From: an uncultured Chloroflexia bacterium
Lineage (GTDB): Bacteria > Chloroflexota > Limnocylindria > Limnocylindrales > CSP1-4
Direction: 5' to 3'
Length of the DNA stretch: 64,000 bases
Assembly (NCBI GenBank): GCA_963721655.1
Contig: CAVRKH010000001.1
Span: forward strand, 169,411-233,410
Shown: positions 8,535 through 18,684 of the stretch, piece by piece
Numbering within the stretch: position 1 is the first letter of the stretch
Layout: each line of letters opens with the position of its first letter
The notes under the pieces: model-generated
What the model was told of the DNA's origin: nothing
Seen by the model: only the letters and a program-made list of their open reading frames with translations
Databases searched by the model: none
Position numbers and translations under genes: made by a program

Positions 8535-10462
8535 GCCGCTCGCCGCTCCCCGCGCGGATCCTGATCCCGGTCGCCAACCCGCTCACCGCCGAGGAGCTGA
8601 TCAAGCTCGGCGCGGCGATCCTCGACAAGCGCGGCGAGCTGACCGCGCTCGGGATCGTCGAAGTGCCCGAGGGGATGCCGCTGTCGGAGGGCGCGACGCG
8701 GGCGCGGCACGCCCGCCGGCTCCTCCAGCGCGTTCTCGACTTCGCGCCCGAAGGAACGACGATCCATCCCATCGTGCGCATCGGCCGGCGGGCGGCCGAG
8801 GGCATCATCGAGGCATCCGGCGAGCAGGAGTCGGACCTCGTGATCTTCGGCTGGGGCGGCAAGGCGCCGAACGCCCGCAACGGCCACGGGCCGGCGGTGT
8901 TCTCGCCGACGATCGACGAGGTGGTGCGCGACTCCCCGTGCGACATCGCGGTCGTCAAGCAGCGCGGCGCCACGACGATCCGGCGGATCCTCGTGCCGGT
9001 CCGCGGCGGACCGCACGCCGAGCTCGCGATCCGTTTCGCCGACGCGATCGCCCGCACCCACGGGGCGACGGTGGCGGTCCTCCATCTCGTCCCGCCGGGG
9101 ATCACCGCCACCGTGCGAGCCCAGGCGGAGCACGCGCTGGCCGCCTTCATGAAGGAGTACCTGCACGGGGACGGCGAGGCGCTCCTGCGCGAGGCGCCGA
9201 ACGTCCGGGCGGCGATCCTGCGCGAAGCCGAGAAGGCGGACCTCGTGGTGATGGGCGCCTCGGCGCAGCCGTTCGGATCCAACGGCGAGCCGTATCTGTT
9301 CGGCGCGCTCCCCGAATCGATCGCGGCGCGCGCGAAGCCGACCGTCATCGTCGTCAAGACCCGCGAGCAGATCGCCAGCGCCACGTTCGACCAGCTCGCC
9401 GCCCGGGCCGAGACGCTCGCCGCTGCCGACCGGGCGGCCGAGGCGGTCCGCGCGGTGCCGGCGCGCGTGGACCGCTGGTTCGGCGAGTCGAACTTCCACC
9501 ATTCGGAGTTCGGTGACCTGGGCCGGTTGACCGCGCTCAAGACCAAGCAGGGCGCGACCGTCAGCCTCGTCCTGCCGACCCTCAACGAGGCGGAGACGAT
9601 CGGCCCGATCGTGGAGCGTGCGATCAAGGAGATGGTCGAGCGCTTCCCGCTGCTCGACGAGATCCTCGTCATCGACTCGGACTCGGACGACCGCACGCGG
9701 CAGATCGCCACCGACGCGGGTGCCCGCGTCGTTTCCCACTCCGAGGTTCTGGCCCGCTACGGCACGTTCCGCGGCAAGGGCGAGGCGCTCTGGAAGTCGC
9801 TCTACGAGACGACCGGCGACATCGTCGTGTGGGCCGACACCGACGTGCACAACTGGCACCCCCGACTGGTCTACGGGACGTTGGGCCCGCTGCTCCACGA
9901 GCCGCGGCTGCAGTACGTCAAGGGCTACTACCAGCGCCCGATCGTCGAACGTGGCGTGCTCACGGAGGGCGGCGGCGGCCGGGTCACGGAGCTCGTCGCA
10001 CGCCCGCTGATCAACCTGTTCTTTCCCGAACTGTCGGGGCTCATCCAGCCGCTCGCCGGCGAATACGCCGGGCGTCGCTCGCTGCTCGAGTCGATCCCGT
10101 TCTTCACCGGCTACGCCGTCGAGATCGGCCACCTCATCGATATCGCGGAGCGCGTCGGACTCGAAGGGCTGGGCCAGGTCGATCTCGAGCGCCGGGTCCA
10201 CCGCAACCAGGAGCTCGAGGGGCTGTCGCGGATGTCGTTCGTGATCCTCCAGGCGATCATGAAGCGGCTCGAGGAGCGACGGCGCGTGCGCCTGTTCGCG
10301 GAGCTCGGCTCGACGATGAAGCTGCCGCGCTCGGGCAGGAACAAGCTGTCGCTCGAGGTCATCGAGCTCGCCGACCAGGAGCGCCCGCCGATGATCCGCA
10401 TCCCCGAGTACCTCGAACGTCGCCAGCAGACCGAGGCGGGGACCGAACCGGCCGTCAAGTGA
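8531..10462 (+). CDS. gpgS: Fusion of two universal stress protein domains to glucosyl-3-phosphoglycerate synthase
   Basis: USP motifs ILIPVAN..DLVIFGW..SPCDIAVVK and ILVPVRGGPHA..DLVVMGA; GpgS motifs LPTLNEAETIG, GKGEALWKSL, GGGRVTELVARP, QPLAGEYAGRR and HRNQ. Confidence 0.9.
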   Translation: MSRSPLPARILIPVANPLTAEELIKLGAAILDKRGELTALGIVEVPEGMPLSEGATRARHARRLLQRVLDFAPEGTTIHPIVRIGRRAAEGIIEASGEQESDLVIFGWGGKAPNARNGHGPAVFSPTIDEVVRDSPCDIAVVKQRGATTIRRILVPVRGGPHAELAIRFADAIARTHGATVAVLHLVPPGITATVRAQAEHALAAFMKEYLHGDGEALLREAPNVRAAILREAEKADLVVMGASAQPFGSNGEPYLFGALPESIAARAKPTVIVVKTREQIASATFDQLAARAETLAAADRAAEAVRAVPARVDRWFGESNFHHSEFGDLGRLTALKTKQGATVSLVLPTLNEAETIGPIVERAIKEMVERFPLLDEILVIDSDSDDRTRQIATDAGARVVSHSEVLARYGTFRGKGEALWKSLYETTGDIVVWADTDVHNWHPRLVYGTLGPLLHEPRLQYVKGYYQRPIVERGVLTEGGGGRVTELVARPLINLFFPELSGLIQPLAGEYAGRRSLLESIPFFTGYAVEIGHLIDIAERVGLEGLGQVDLERRVHRNQELEGLSRMSFVILQAIMKRLEERRRVRLFAELGSTMKLPRSGRNKLSLEVIELADQERPPMIRIPEYLERRQQTEAGTEPAVK

Positions 10463-10505
10463 CCGCGGTTCGGCTCGTGACGTCGGCGGAACGGGCCCGA
10501 TCTTG

Positions 10506-10659
10506 GCCAGATATTCACCCCGCGACTGAAAGGCACGAGTCGAAGCATCTTGGACCGCTTCAGTTAGCCAGAACTGGCTACATCCAGGCCCAACTGCCCC
10601 CTATTTGGCCCGATTGCGGCCATTTCGACGGCCTCCTAGTCACGGGGCGACTATCTGGC
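10506..10659. repeat. ~155-bp intergenic element with 22-bp imperfect terminal inverted repeats and a central palindrome (MITE/REPIN-like)
   Basis: GCCAGATATTCACCCCGCGACT (10506) vs reverse complement of AGTCACGGGGCGACTATCTGGC (ends 10659), 19/22 match; TAGCCAG-AA-CTGGCTA at 10565-10580; lower GC than the flanks. Confidence 0.6.
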
Positions 10660-10666
10660 AACAACC

Positions 10667-11209
10667 ATGGGCCTCATGCCTGAATCGCCGGCCCTCACCG
10701 TCACCGCGCTCGACGTCGAGGCGTACCGTGCCGCGATCCCGGAGCTCGCCGCGCTGATCGTCGACGCGGTGGCGAGCGGGGCCGGCGTCAACTTCCTCGA
10801 TGGCGTCACGCTCGACGAGGCGGCGTCGTGGTGGCGCGCTCGCGAGGGCGACGTTGCGTCCGGCCGGACGACGCCGTTCGTGGCGGTGGACGGCGGGCGG
10901 ATCGTCGGCTCCACGCTGCTCATCCGCTCGGTCAACCAGAACTCCCCGCATCGCGCCGAGATCGGCAAGGTCATCGTCCTGGGTTCGCACCGTCGGCGAG
11001 GATTGGCGTCCGAATTGATGCGCGCAGCCGAGGATCGTGCCCGCGCGGAGGGCCGCTGGCTGCTCGTCCTCGACACCGTGACCGGGTCGGCGGCCGATGC
11101 CTTCTACCGATCGCTCGGCTGGCAGGAGACGGGCGTCGTGCCGAACTACGCGCTCAACCCGGACGGCCAGCCGTGGGCTGCGACGTTCTTCTGGAAGGAC
11201 CTCCGATGA
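10667..11209 (+). CDS. GNAT acetyltransferase (Ttr-like)
   Basis: NSPHRAEIGK, HRRRGLASELM, LLVLDTVTGS and FYRSLGW. Confidence 0.9.
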   Translation: MGLMPESPALTVTALDVEAYRAAIPELAALIVDAVASGAGVNFLDGVTLDEAASWWRAREGDVASGRTTPFVAVDGGRIVGSTLLIRSVNQNSPHRAEIGKVIVLGSHRRRGLASELMRAAEDRARAEGRWLLVLDTVTGSAADAFYRSLGWQETGVVPNYALNPDGQPWAATFFWKDLR

Positions 11210-12321
11210 GCGGCGAGTCGCGGACGGTCCTGATCGCACCCGATTCGTTCAAGGGGTCGCTGTCCCCCGTCGCGGTCGCGTGGGCGATCGCTGACGGCTG
11301 GCGCCGGGCTCGGCCACATGACAGCGTGCTGCTGTCGCCGCTCGCCGATGGCGGGGAGGGCACGCTCGTGGCCGTGGAGGCTGCCGGCGGCTGGGAATGG
11401 CACGAGGTCGCGGCCACCGACCCCATCGACCGCCCGGTGCGTGCGCGCTGGCTGCGGTCGAGCGACGGCCGGCGGGCGGTCGTCGAGCTGGCCGAGGCCT
11501 CGGGGTTGTCACGCCTGACGCCCGAGGAACGGGACCCGACGGGCGCCTCGACCTACGGCACCGGCGAGGTGCTGCGCGCGGTGATCGAATCCGGCGTCGA
11601 GCAGGTCACGATCGGGATCGGTGGAAGCGCCACGACCGATGGGGGGTACGGGATCCTGAAGGCGCTCGGCGTGCGGAGCGACCCCGCACGGGACGGCTTC
11701 CTGCATCTCGACGAGCTCGACGACCTCGCGAACGTCGACCTGCGGGTCGCCTGCGACGTCACCAATCCGCTGCTGGGTTCGCGCGGAGCGGCGGCGACCT
11801 ACGGCCCGCAGAAGGGCGCCTCGCCGGAGCAGGTCGAGGAGCTCGACGCGCACCTCGAGCGCTTCGCCGACCAGCTGGCCGCGGGGGTCGGGCGCGACGA
11901 GCGCGAGACGCCGGGCGCCGGTGCGGCCGGGGGCGTCGGGTTCGCCCTGCTGTCGATCCAGGACCGCTTTCGGTCGTTCGCGCTGCGGCCCGGGGTCGAT
12001 CTCGTCATGGAGCTGACGGACTTCGAGGAGAAGCTCGGGCAGGCGGACATCGTGATCACCGGCGAAGGTCGCATCGACGCCCAGACCGCGTTCGGCAAGA
12101 CCGCGCTCGGGGTGGCGCAGCGGGCATCGGCGGCCGGCGTGGCCTGCGTGGCGGTCGGCGGCGGGGTCGAGCCGGCCGGGATCGACGCGCTGGCCAAGCT
12201 GGGCGCGGTGGCGGTGCCGGTCGTCGAGCGGCCGCAGTCCGTCGAGGAGGCGATGGCGGCCGGGACGGCACCGCTCGAACGATGTGGGGAGCGGATCGCT
12301 CGGTTGGTGTCGCTGTGGTGA
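11206..12321 (+). CDS. glxK: Glycerate kinase (GlxK/GarK family)
   Basis: IAPDSFKGSL, PLADGGEGT, GIGGSATTDGG, YGPQKGA and ITGEGRIDAQTAFGK. Confidence 0.93.
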   Translation: MSGESRTVLIAPDSFKGSLSPVAVAWAIADGWRRARPHDSVLLSPLADGGEGTLVAVEAAGGWEWHEVAATDPIDRPVRARWLRSSDGRRAVVELAEASGLSRLTPEERDPTGASTYGTGEVLRAVIESGVEQVTIGIGGSATTDGGYGILKALGVRSDPARDGFLHLDELDDLANVDLRVACDVTNPLLGSRGAAATYGPQKGASPEQVEELDAHLERFADQLAAGVGRDERETPGAGAAGGVGFALLSIQDRFRSFALRPGVDLVMELTDFEEKLGQADIVITGEGRIDAQTAFGKTALGVAQRASAAGVACVAVGGGVEPAGIDALAKLGAVAVPVVERPQSVEEAMAAGTAPLERCGERIARLVSLW

Positions 12322-13159
12322 CCCCGGGCGCGACGCCCAGCCCGCGGCCGAAGGCGAAACGGCCGAAGAAGCGGCGCTATTCGAACCCTGCCGCGTCGTA
12401 CGCCAAGCGGCTCGAGCGCTACCGCCCGGGGCTCGTGCCGTTCGTGCTCGACGGGCTCGCGTCGATCTACGGCCACCCGGTCTGGGAGCGCCGCCAGGAC
12501 CCGACGAGCGAGCTGATCCTGACGATCCTCACCCAGAACAGCGCCGACGTGAACGCCGAGGTCGCGTTCGAGGCGCTGCGGACGGCGTATCCGTCGGGGC
12601 TGCCGGTGCAGCGGCACGTCCCCGGGGAGGGCTGGGGCGGGGTCGGGCTGTCGGAGGGGGCGCCACCGGACTGGGAACGGGTCGAGTTCGCGCCACTCCC
12701 CGAATTGACCGACGTGATCCGGCCGGGCGGCCTTGCCAACAGAAGGCGCCACGCCTCCAGGCGACCCTGCGCAGGATCCGCGAGGAACGCGGCGACTACT
12801 CCCTCGAATTCCTGGGCGACATGTCGGCGCTCGAGGCCCGCGACTGGCTCACCCAGATCGACGGCATCGGCAAGAAGACCGCCTCGGTGCTGCTGCTGTT
12901 CTGCTTCGGCTCACCGCTCCTGCCGATCGACCGCCACGTCGACCGGGTGATGCATCGCGTCGGCATCCTCTACCCGGACAACCTCCCCATGGAGGACGCC
13001 CACGACCTCGTGCTCGGGCTGTTCGAGCCGGACCAGATGTTCGAGGCGCACGTCAACCTGATCCAGCACGGCCGCAAGATCTGCCACGCCCAGCGGCCCG
13101 CCCACGAGCTGTGCCCGCTGCGCGACCGCTGCCGCTTCGTCGACCCGAAGGCGCCGTAG
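12318..13159 (+). CDS. nth: Endonuclease III-family HhH-GPD DNA glycosylase (frameshift ~12740)
   Basis: ELILTILTQN, IRPGGLA.QKA, IDGIGKKTA, PIDRHV and C-terminal Fe-S motif CHAQRPAHELCPLRDRC. Confidence 0.88.
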
Positions 13160-13227
13160 GTCGCTCGCCGCAGAACGCGGCCCCTTCCCGCGATGCGACT
13201 TCCCGGCATCACGCTCGCCGGAATCGA

Positions 13228-13257
13228 AGAGGCCGGTCCCCCCAGAGACCGGCCTCT
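13228..13257. terminator. Hairpin between convergent genes (probable terminator)
   Basis: AGAGGCCGGTC...GACCGGCCTCT 11-bp stem; weak U-tract. Confidence 0.55.
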
Positions 13258-13278
13258 CCTACCCCCGGGTTGGATCGA

Positions 13279-16200
13279 CTACTTGATTGGCTTGAAGAGG
13301 GCGTAGGTCCCACCGCCCGACGGGCCGGAGGACAGGAGCACGGAGGTTGCCGCCGGAGTCGACAAGTCGAACGTCCAGGCGATAGCACTGGTTGATCTGC
13401 ATCGTGACGCTCGGCGGCTTGCCCGTGTCAAGGTTGTAGATCCACTGGGATGTGGACCAGCGGAAGAGGTTGGTGTTGTCGTTGGCGGAGCCCGGCGTCG
13501 GCGTAGGCTTCGACGAGGTCGCTCGTCGCCGAACCGGCACAGGTCGAGCTAGTGACACCGATCCGCAGCGTGAGGTTGTTCGCGTTGAGGAACGACTCAG
13601 TCATTGCGACCGGCGTCCCACCGAGCGACAAGGTGCCGGTGACCTTGACCGGGATGACCCGGCCCATCTTGCCCTGGTTGATGACTGGGGTGGCCGACCC
13701 GACCGTCTGGTCGATCGGCTGGTAGTACTGCAGCGTCGCGGCCGACAGACCCGCGTGACGGTGATCGGAGGCAGGTCGCTCGTCCGACCGGCGAAGGTCG
13801 CCGTGTCGGCGACCGCTGGAGATCGTGTTCGTGCCGCAGGCGAGGAGGTGGAGGCCGTCCAGTTCCGGCGCGGTGTAGGCGGCGTTCGGCCCGCCGTTGA
13901 CGTTGACCTTTTCGATGCCCGCTGTGGCGAGTCTCGACGGCCGTCTCCGCGTTGACCGCTGACGGACGACGCCACCGTGACGTAGCCGGTGCCGGGGGAG
14001 GCAGATCGCGACCACCGGATTTGTCTTGTCGATCTGGAAGTCGGCGCTCGGCACACCGCTGGCGGTGTTGCCGGCGAGGTCGGTGCAGGGATCGGAGGTC
14101 ACGCTGACCGCGAAGCCCTCACCGCTCGTCGTCTTGGTACTGGGCGTTGCCCGGGAAGGCCAGGGCACAGGCCGCGTTGGGGCCGGAGATCCCGGCGTCG
14201 AGGCTGAACTCGTTGGTGACGTCGGTGTTGTACCAGCCGTTGCTGTTCGCGGAGGGTCGTCGGGCCGTCGTCGGTGATGACCGGCGCGGTCTTGTCGATC
14301 TGGAAGCCGGCGCTGGGCACACCGCTCGCGGTGTTGCCGGCGAGGTCGGTGCAGGGATCGGAGGTCACGCTGACCGCGAAGCCCTCACCGCTCGTCGTCT
14401 TGGACTGGGCGTTGCCCGGGAAGGCCAGGGCACAGGCCGCGTTGGGGCCGGAGATCCCGGCGTCGAGGCTGAACTCGTTGGTGACGTTGGTGTTGTACCA
14501 GCCGTTGCTGTTCGGGGGGTCGTCGGGCCGTCGTCGGTGATGACCGGCGCGGTCTTGTCGATCTGATCGCCGAAGGTCGCGGAGCTGTCGGTGTTGCCGG
14601 CGAGGTCGGTGCAGCGCGGTCGCTGCTGCGGACGTGGTCTCGGCGGCGGGGTCGTCTGTCGGCGACGGTCGACGGCGATGCCCGTTGGACCGTCGATCGG
14701 CGCACGTGAAGCTCCGGTACGTCGGTTGTCCAGCCGTTGGACGTGGCGGCGTCGGCTGGCCCCGGGAGATGACCGGCGCGGTCTTGTCGATCTCGGCCGG
14801 GCGTGAGCGTCGTGTTGCCGGCGATGTCGGTGCAGTCGCCGTCGCTGCGACGGACCCGTCGAGGTCTCGGCGGTCAGGGTGTGTCGTCGCCGGGACGGTC
14901 GGTGCGATGCGCGTTGGACCGAGCCCGTGTCGGCGCACGTGAAGCTCATGGTGACCGACGGTTCGTCCAGGTTGCCGCGACGTAGGGCGAGGCATCGGCG
15001 TTGGCCGCCGAGCTCGTGATGACCGGCGCGGTCTTGTCGATCTGGACCGGACCTGAAGCGTCGCGGACGCCGTCGGCGTTGCCGGCGTTGTCGATGCAGT
15101 CGCCGTCGCTGCTGACGGACCCGTTCGAGGTCTCGCGGTCAGGGTCGTCGTCGTCGTCGGCGACGGTGTCGGTGGCGATGCCCGATTGGACCGTGCCCGT
15201 GTCGGCGCACGGTGAAGCTCACGGTCACCGACTGGTTCGTCCAGCGTTGCCCGCGACGTAGGGCGAGGCATCGGCGTTGGCCGACGCGCTCGAGATGACC
15301 GGCGCGGTCTTGTCGATCATCACCGGACCGAAGGTCGCGGAGCCGTCGGCGTTGCCGGCGTTGTCGATGCAGTCGCCGTCGCTGCTGACGGACCCGTTCG
15401 ACGGTCTCGGCGGTCAGCGGTGTCGTCATCGTCGGCGACGGTGTCAGGTTGCGATGCCCGATTGGACCGTGCCGGTGTCGGCGCAGGTGAAGCTCACGGT
15501 CACCGACTGGTTCGTCCAGGTTCGCCGCGACGTAGGGCGAGGCATCGGCGTTGGCCGCCGAGCTCGAGATGACCGGCGCGGTCTTGTCGATCATCGGACC
15601 GGACCGAAGGTCGCGGAGCTGTCGGCGTTGCCGGCGTTGTCGATGCAGTCGCCGTCGCTGCTGACGGACCCGTTCGAGGTCTCGGCGGTCAGGGTGTCGG
15701 TCATCGTCGGCGACGGTGTCGGTTGCGATGCCCGATTGGACCGTGCCCGTGTCGGCGCACGTGAAGCTCACGGTCACCGACTGGTTCGTCCAGGTTCCCG
15801 CGACGTAGGGCGAGGCATCGGCGTTGGCCGCCGAGCTCGAGATGACCGGCGCGGTCTTGTCGATCATGACCGGACCGACGGTCGCGGAGCTGTCGAAGTT
15901 GCCGGCGTTGTCGATGCAGTCGCCGTCGCTGCTGACGGACCCGTTCGAGGTCTCGGCGGTCAGGGTGTCGTCATCGTCGGCGACGGTGTCGGTTGCGATG
16001 CCCGATTGGACCGTGCCCGTGTCAGCGCACGTGAAGCTCACGGTCACCGACTGGTTCGTCCAGGTTCCCGCGACGTAGGGCGAGGCATCGGCGTTGGCCG
16101 CCGAGCTCGAGATGACCGGCGCGGTCTTGTCGACGAGGACCTCGTCGCCCGTCGTCTGGGCGTTTCCGTTACCGGCCGTGTCGGTCACGGCGGCGGTTGC

Positions 16201-18333
16201 GAGGCGGAGCTCGACCGTTCCCTCGGAGCAGCTGGTCAGGGTGATGTCGTAGGAGTCTCCGTCGACGACCCCGACGCTGACCAGGCAGCCGGTCGCCGTG
16301 CCGGCGTTGATGAAGTCGCCGGCAGTCAGGCCGAAGACGTTTTCGCTGAACTCGACGTCGAAGACCAGGGTCGCGGCCTTGGTGATGTTGTCGGTATCCG
16401 AAACGCCGGTGTCGGAGCCGGCCTGGAGGTCGATCGTGACGGTCGGGGCCGTGGTGTCCTTGGTGACCGTGACGTTCTCGCTCGCGCCGGTGTTGGTCGC
16501 CGCGTCGGTAACGCACACCCGGAGCGTGTTGGCACCCTCGTTGAGGTTTCCGGCGGTGATCGCGCTGGTCACCGTGTTGGGCGAGGTCGAGTAGGCGGTC
16601 GAGCTGACGACGATCGTGCCGTCGGTGCAGTTCGTGCCACCCCGGCGGACGACGTAGTTGCCGTTCTCGTTGGCGTGCCAGGTGATGCTGGCGCCGGCGT
16701 TGGTCACGACGCTGAAGGGCGAGCTGTTGTCGGTGCCGGTGCTGCCGGTGATCGAGTCGATCGTGACGGTCGGGGCCGTGGTGTCCTTGGTGACCGTGAC
16801 GTTCTCGCTCGCGCCGGTGTTGGTCGCCGCGTCGGTAACGCACACCCGGAGCGTGTTGGCACCCTCGTTGAGGTTTCCGGCGGTGATCGCGCTGGTCACC
16901 GTGTTGGGCGAGGTCGAGTAGGCGGTCGAGCTGACGACGATCGTGCCGTCGGTGCAGTTCGTGCCACCCCGGCGGACGACGTAGTTGCCGTTCTCGTTGG
17001 CGTGCCAGGTGATGCTGGCGCCGGCGTTGGTCACGACGCTGAAGGGCGAGCTGTTGTCGGTGCCGGTGCTGCCGGTGATCGAGTCGATCGTGACGGTCGG
17101 GGCCGTGGTGTCCTTGGTGACCGTGACGTTCTCGCTCGCGCCGGTGTTGGTCGCCGCGTCGGTAACGCACACCCGGAGCGTGTTGGCACCCTCGTTGAGG
17201 TTTCCGGCGGTGATCGCGCTGGTCACCGTGTTGGGCGAGGTCGAGTAGGCGGTCGAGCTGACGACGATCGTGCCGTCGGTGCAGTTCGTGCCACCCCGGC
17301 GGACGACGTAGTTGCCGTTCTCGTTGGCGTGCCAGGTGATGCTGGCGCCGGCGTTGGTCACGACGCTGAAGGGCGAGCTGTTGTCGGTGCCGGTGCTGCC
17401 GGTGATCGAGTCGATCGTGACGGTCGGGGCCGTGGTGTCGGCCGCCGTGACGAACACGACGTCGGTGTTCTGGGCCCCGTTCTGGTGGTTAAGGCATCCG
17501 GGGTTAAGTGACGCGTTGACGAAGTTGCCGTCATCCCAGTGGTCGAATGTGAACCCGCTGATTCCTTGGGCTGTGAGGTGCAAGGATTGCGGGGAAGCAG
17601 TGCTCGTAACGTCCGTGCCATTGCCGCCGGTGGCGGCCGAAATCTGCCCTGAGTCGACGACGCTTCCGGTGCAGTTCGCGGCGCTGTAAAGGATCCAATC
17701 AATAGTCGCGGCGTTGCCGCCGGCACCAACCGTTTTGACCCGGACGATCCCGTCCGTAAACGTTGCCGTGGCCGTTCCCGAGCTTGGTCCGGTGGCCACA
17801 ACCGTGTACTGAGCGACGAACCAGTTCGGAAGGTTGAACTGGTCGATGATGTCGCCGTTCTCGTCCGCGGTGACGTCGACGTGGCGGTTCCAGGAGCTGC
17901 CCCAGTCGTCGTTCACGAAGATGTGCACGACTTCGCCCGGCTGCCAGTTCGAGCCGGTCAGCGTGACGAGGCCGCCGGGCGGGTAGTCATCGAGGTCGCT
18001 GGCGATGGTCGGCGCAGCGACCGGCTCTGCGGGCGTGGGCTCAGCGGTCGGTTCGGCGGTGGGTGCGGGCGTGGCCGGAGGCGCCGTCTCTTCTGGCGTC
18101 GCCTCCGGAGTGGACTCCGCCGTCGGCTCCGGCGTCGCCTCGGGGGTCGCTTCGGGCGTCGGCTCCGCGCTCGGCTCGGCCGAGGGCGTCGGCGATGAGC
18201 TCGGATCGGCGCTCGGCTCTTCGGCCAGGGCAGCGATCGGCGCGACAAGGCTCGCGACCAGCAGGAATACCTGCAGTGCCACGAGCAGTCGGAGGAGTGA
18301 CGGGCGGGCGGATCGGGGCACCTGAGTCCTCAC
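13279..18333 (-). CDS. Giant secreted/surface protein: signal peptide, Pro/Glu/Thr linker, tandem Ig-like repeats and C-terminal PxKF-like domain; 3' half broken by many indels
   Basis: Hydrophobic signal ending ALA-EE; recurring DKTAPVI/DTTAPTV junctions; C-terminal YYQPID..GRVIPVK..FRW..QWIYNLDT..CYRLDV..ALFKPIK*. Confidence 0.8.
14025..14538 (-). repeat. Two ~262-bp tandem repeats of a third module type
   Basis: Unit NSNGWYNT.VTNEFSLDAGISGPNAAC...DPCTDLAGNTASGVPSA.FQIDKT occurs twice. Confidence 0.85.
14539..16135 (-). repeat. About six ~270-bp (90-aa) tandem repeats, increasingly indel-damaged toward lower coordinates
   Basis: GATGACCGGCGCGGTCTTGTCGA at ~16111, 15841, 15568, 15294, 15018, 14768 and 14539; unit ASPYVAGTWTNQSVTVSFTCADTG...DCIDNAGN. 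Confidence 0.85.
16431..17437 (-). repeat. Three essentially identical 327-bp (109-aa) tandem repeats
   Basis: CGATCGTGACGGTCGGGGCCGTGGTGTC recurs at 16431, 16758, 17085 and 17412; translations identical. Confidence 0.95.
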
Positions 18334-18684
18334 GCTTCCCGGCGCCGGCGAGGACCGCGATCAGCGGCACCGCCACGACGTCCCCAGAACGTCGATGGAG
18401 CGGTCGAGAGCTGACGAGGCGACGATCGAACGGGGATCGATGGGCGAGACGGATAAGTGCTTACGCGTCGATCGTCCGCCCCGGTTCGCTGCGACCCCCC
18501 GGCTCGGACACCTATGCAGATCGCTCGGATACCCGGCGATCGAATGGACGCCAACCGTACTGCCGGTTCCAGCCGAAATCAACTACTCCGCATTGACTAT
18601 TTCGGCCCCGCACCGCGTTACAAACATCCAAGTGGTGACAGGGGGCACCGATCCGGGCTCGAAGGCGCGCGGTACCATCCGGCC

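Noticed and set aside
366-10201. Long antisense and alternate-frame ORFs (e.g. 366..1511, 6924..8261, 8363..10201)
   Set aside because: Shadow ORFs typical of high-GC DNA overlapping well-supported genes; Arg/Pro/Ala-rich with no motifs
14025-17437. Tandem repeats as a CRISPR array or DGR template/variable pair
   Set aside because: Units are 260-327 bp coding modules without spacers; no cas or reverse transcriptase gene and no adenine-specific variation seen
18334-18684. Riboswitch (c-di-GMP or c-di-AMP) upstream of the surface protein
   Set aside because: Hairpins are present but I could not match consensus motifs by eye; an Rfam scan is needed
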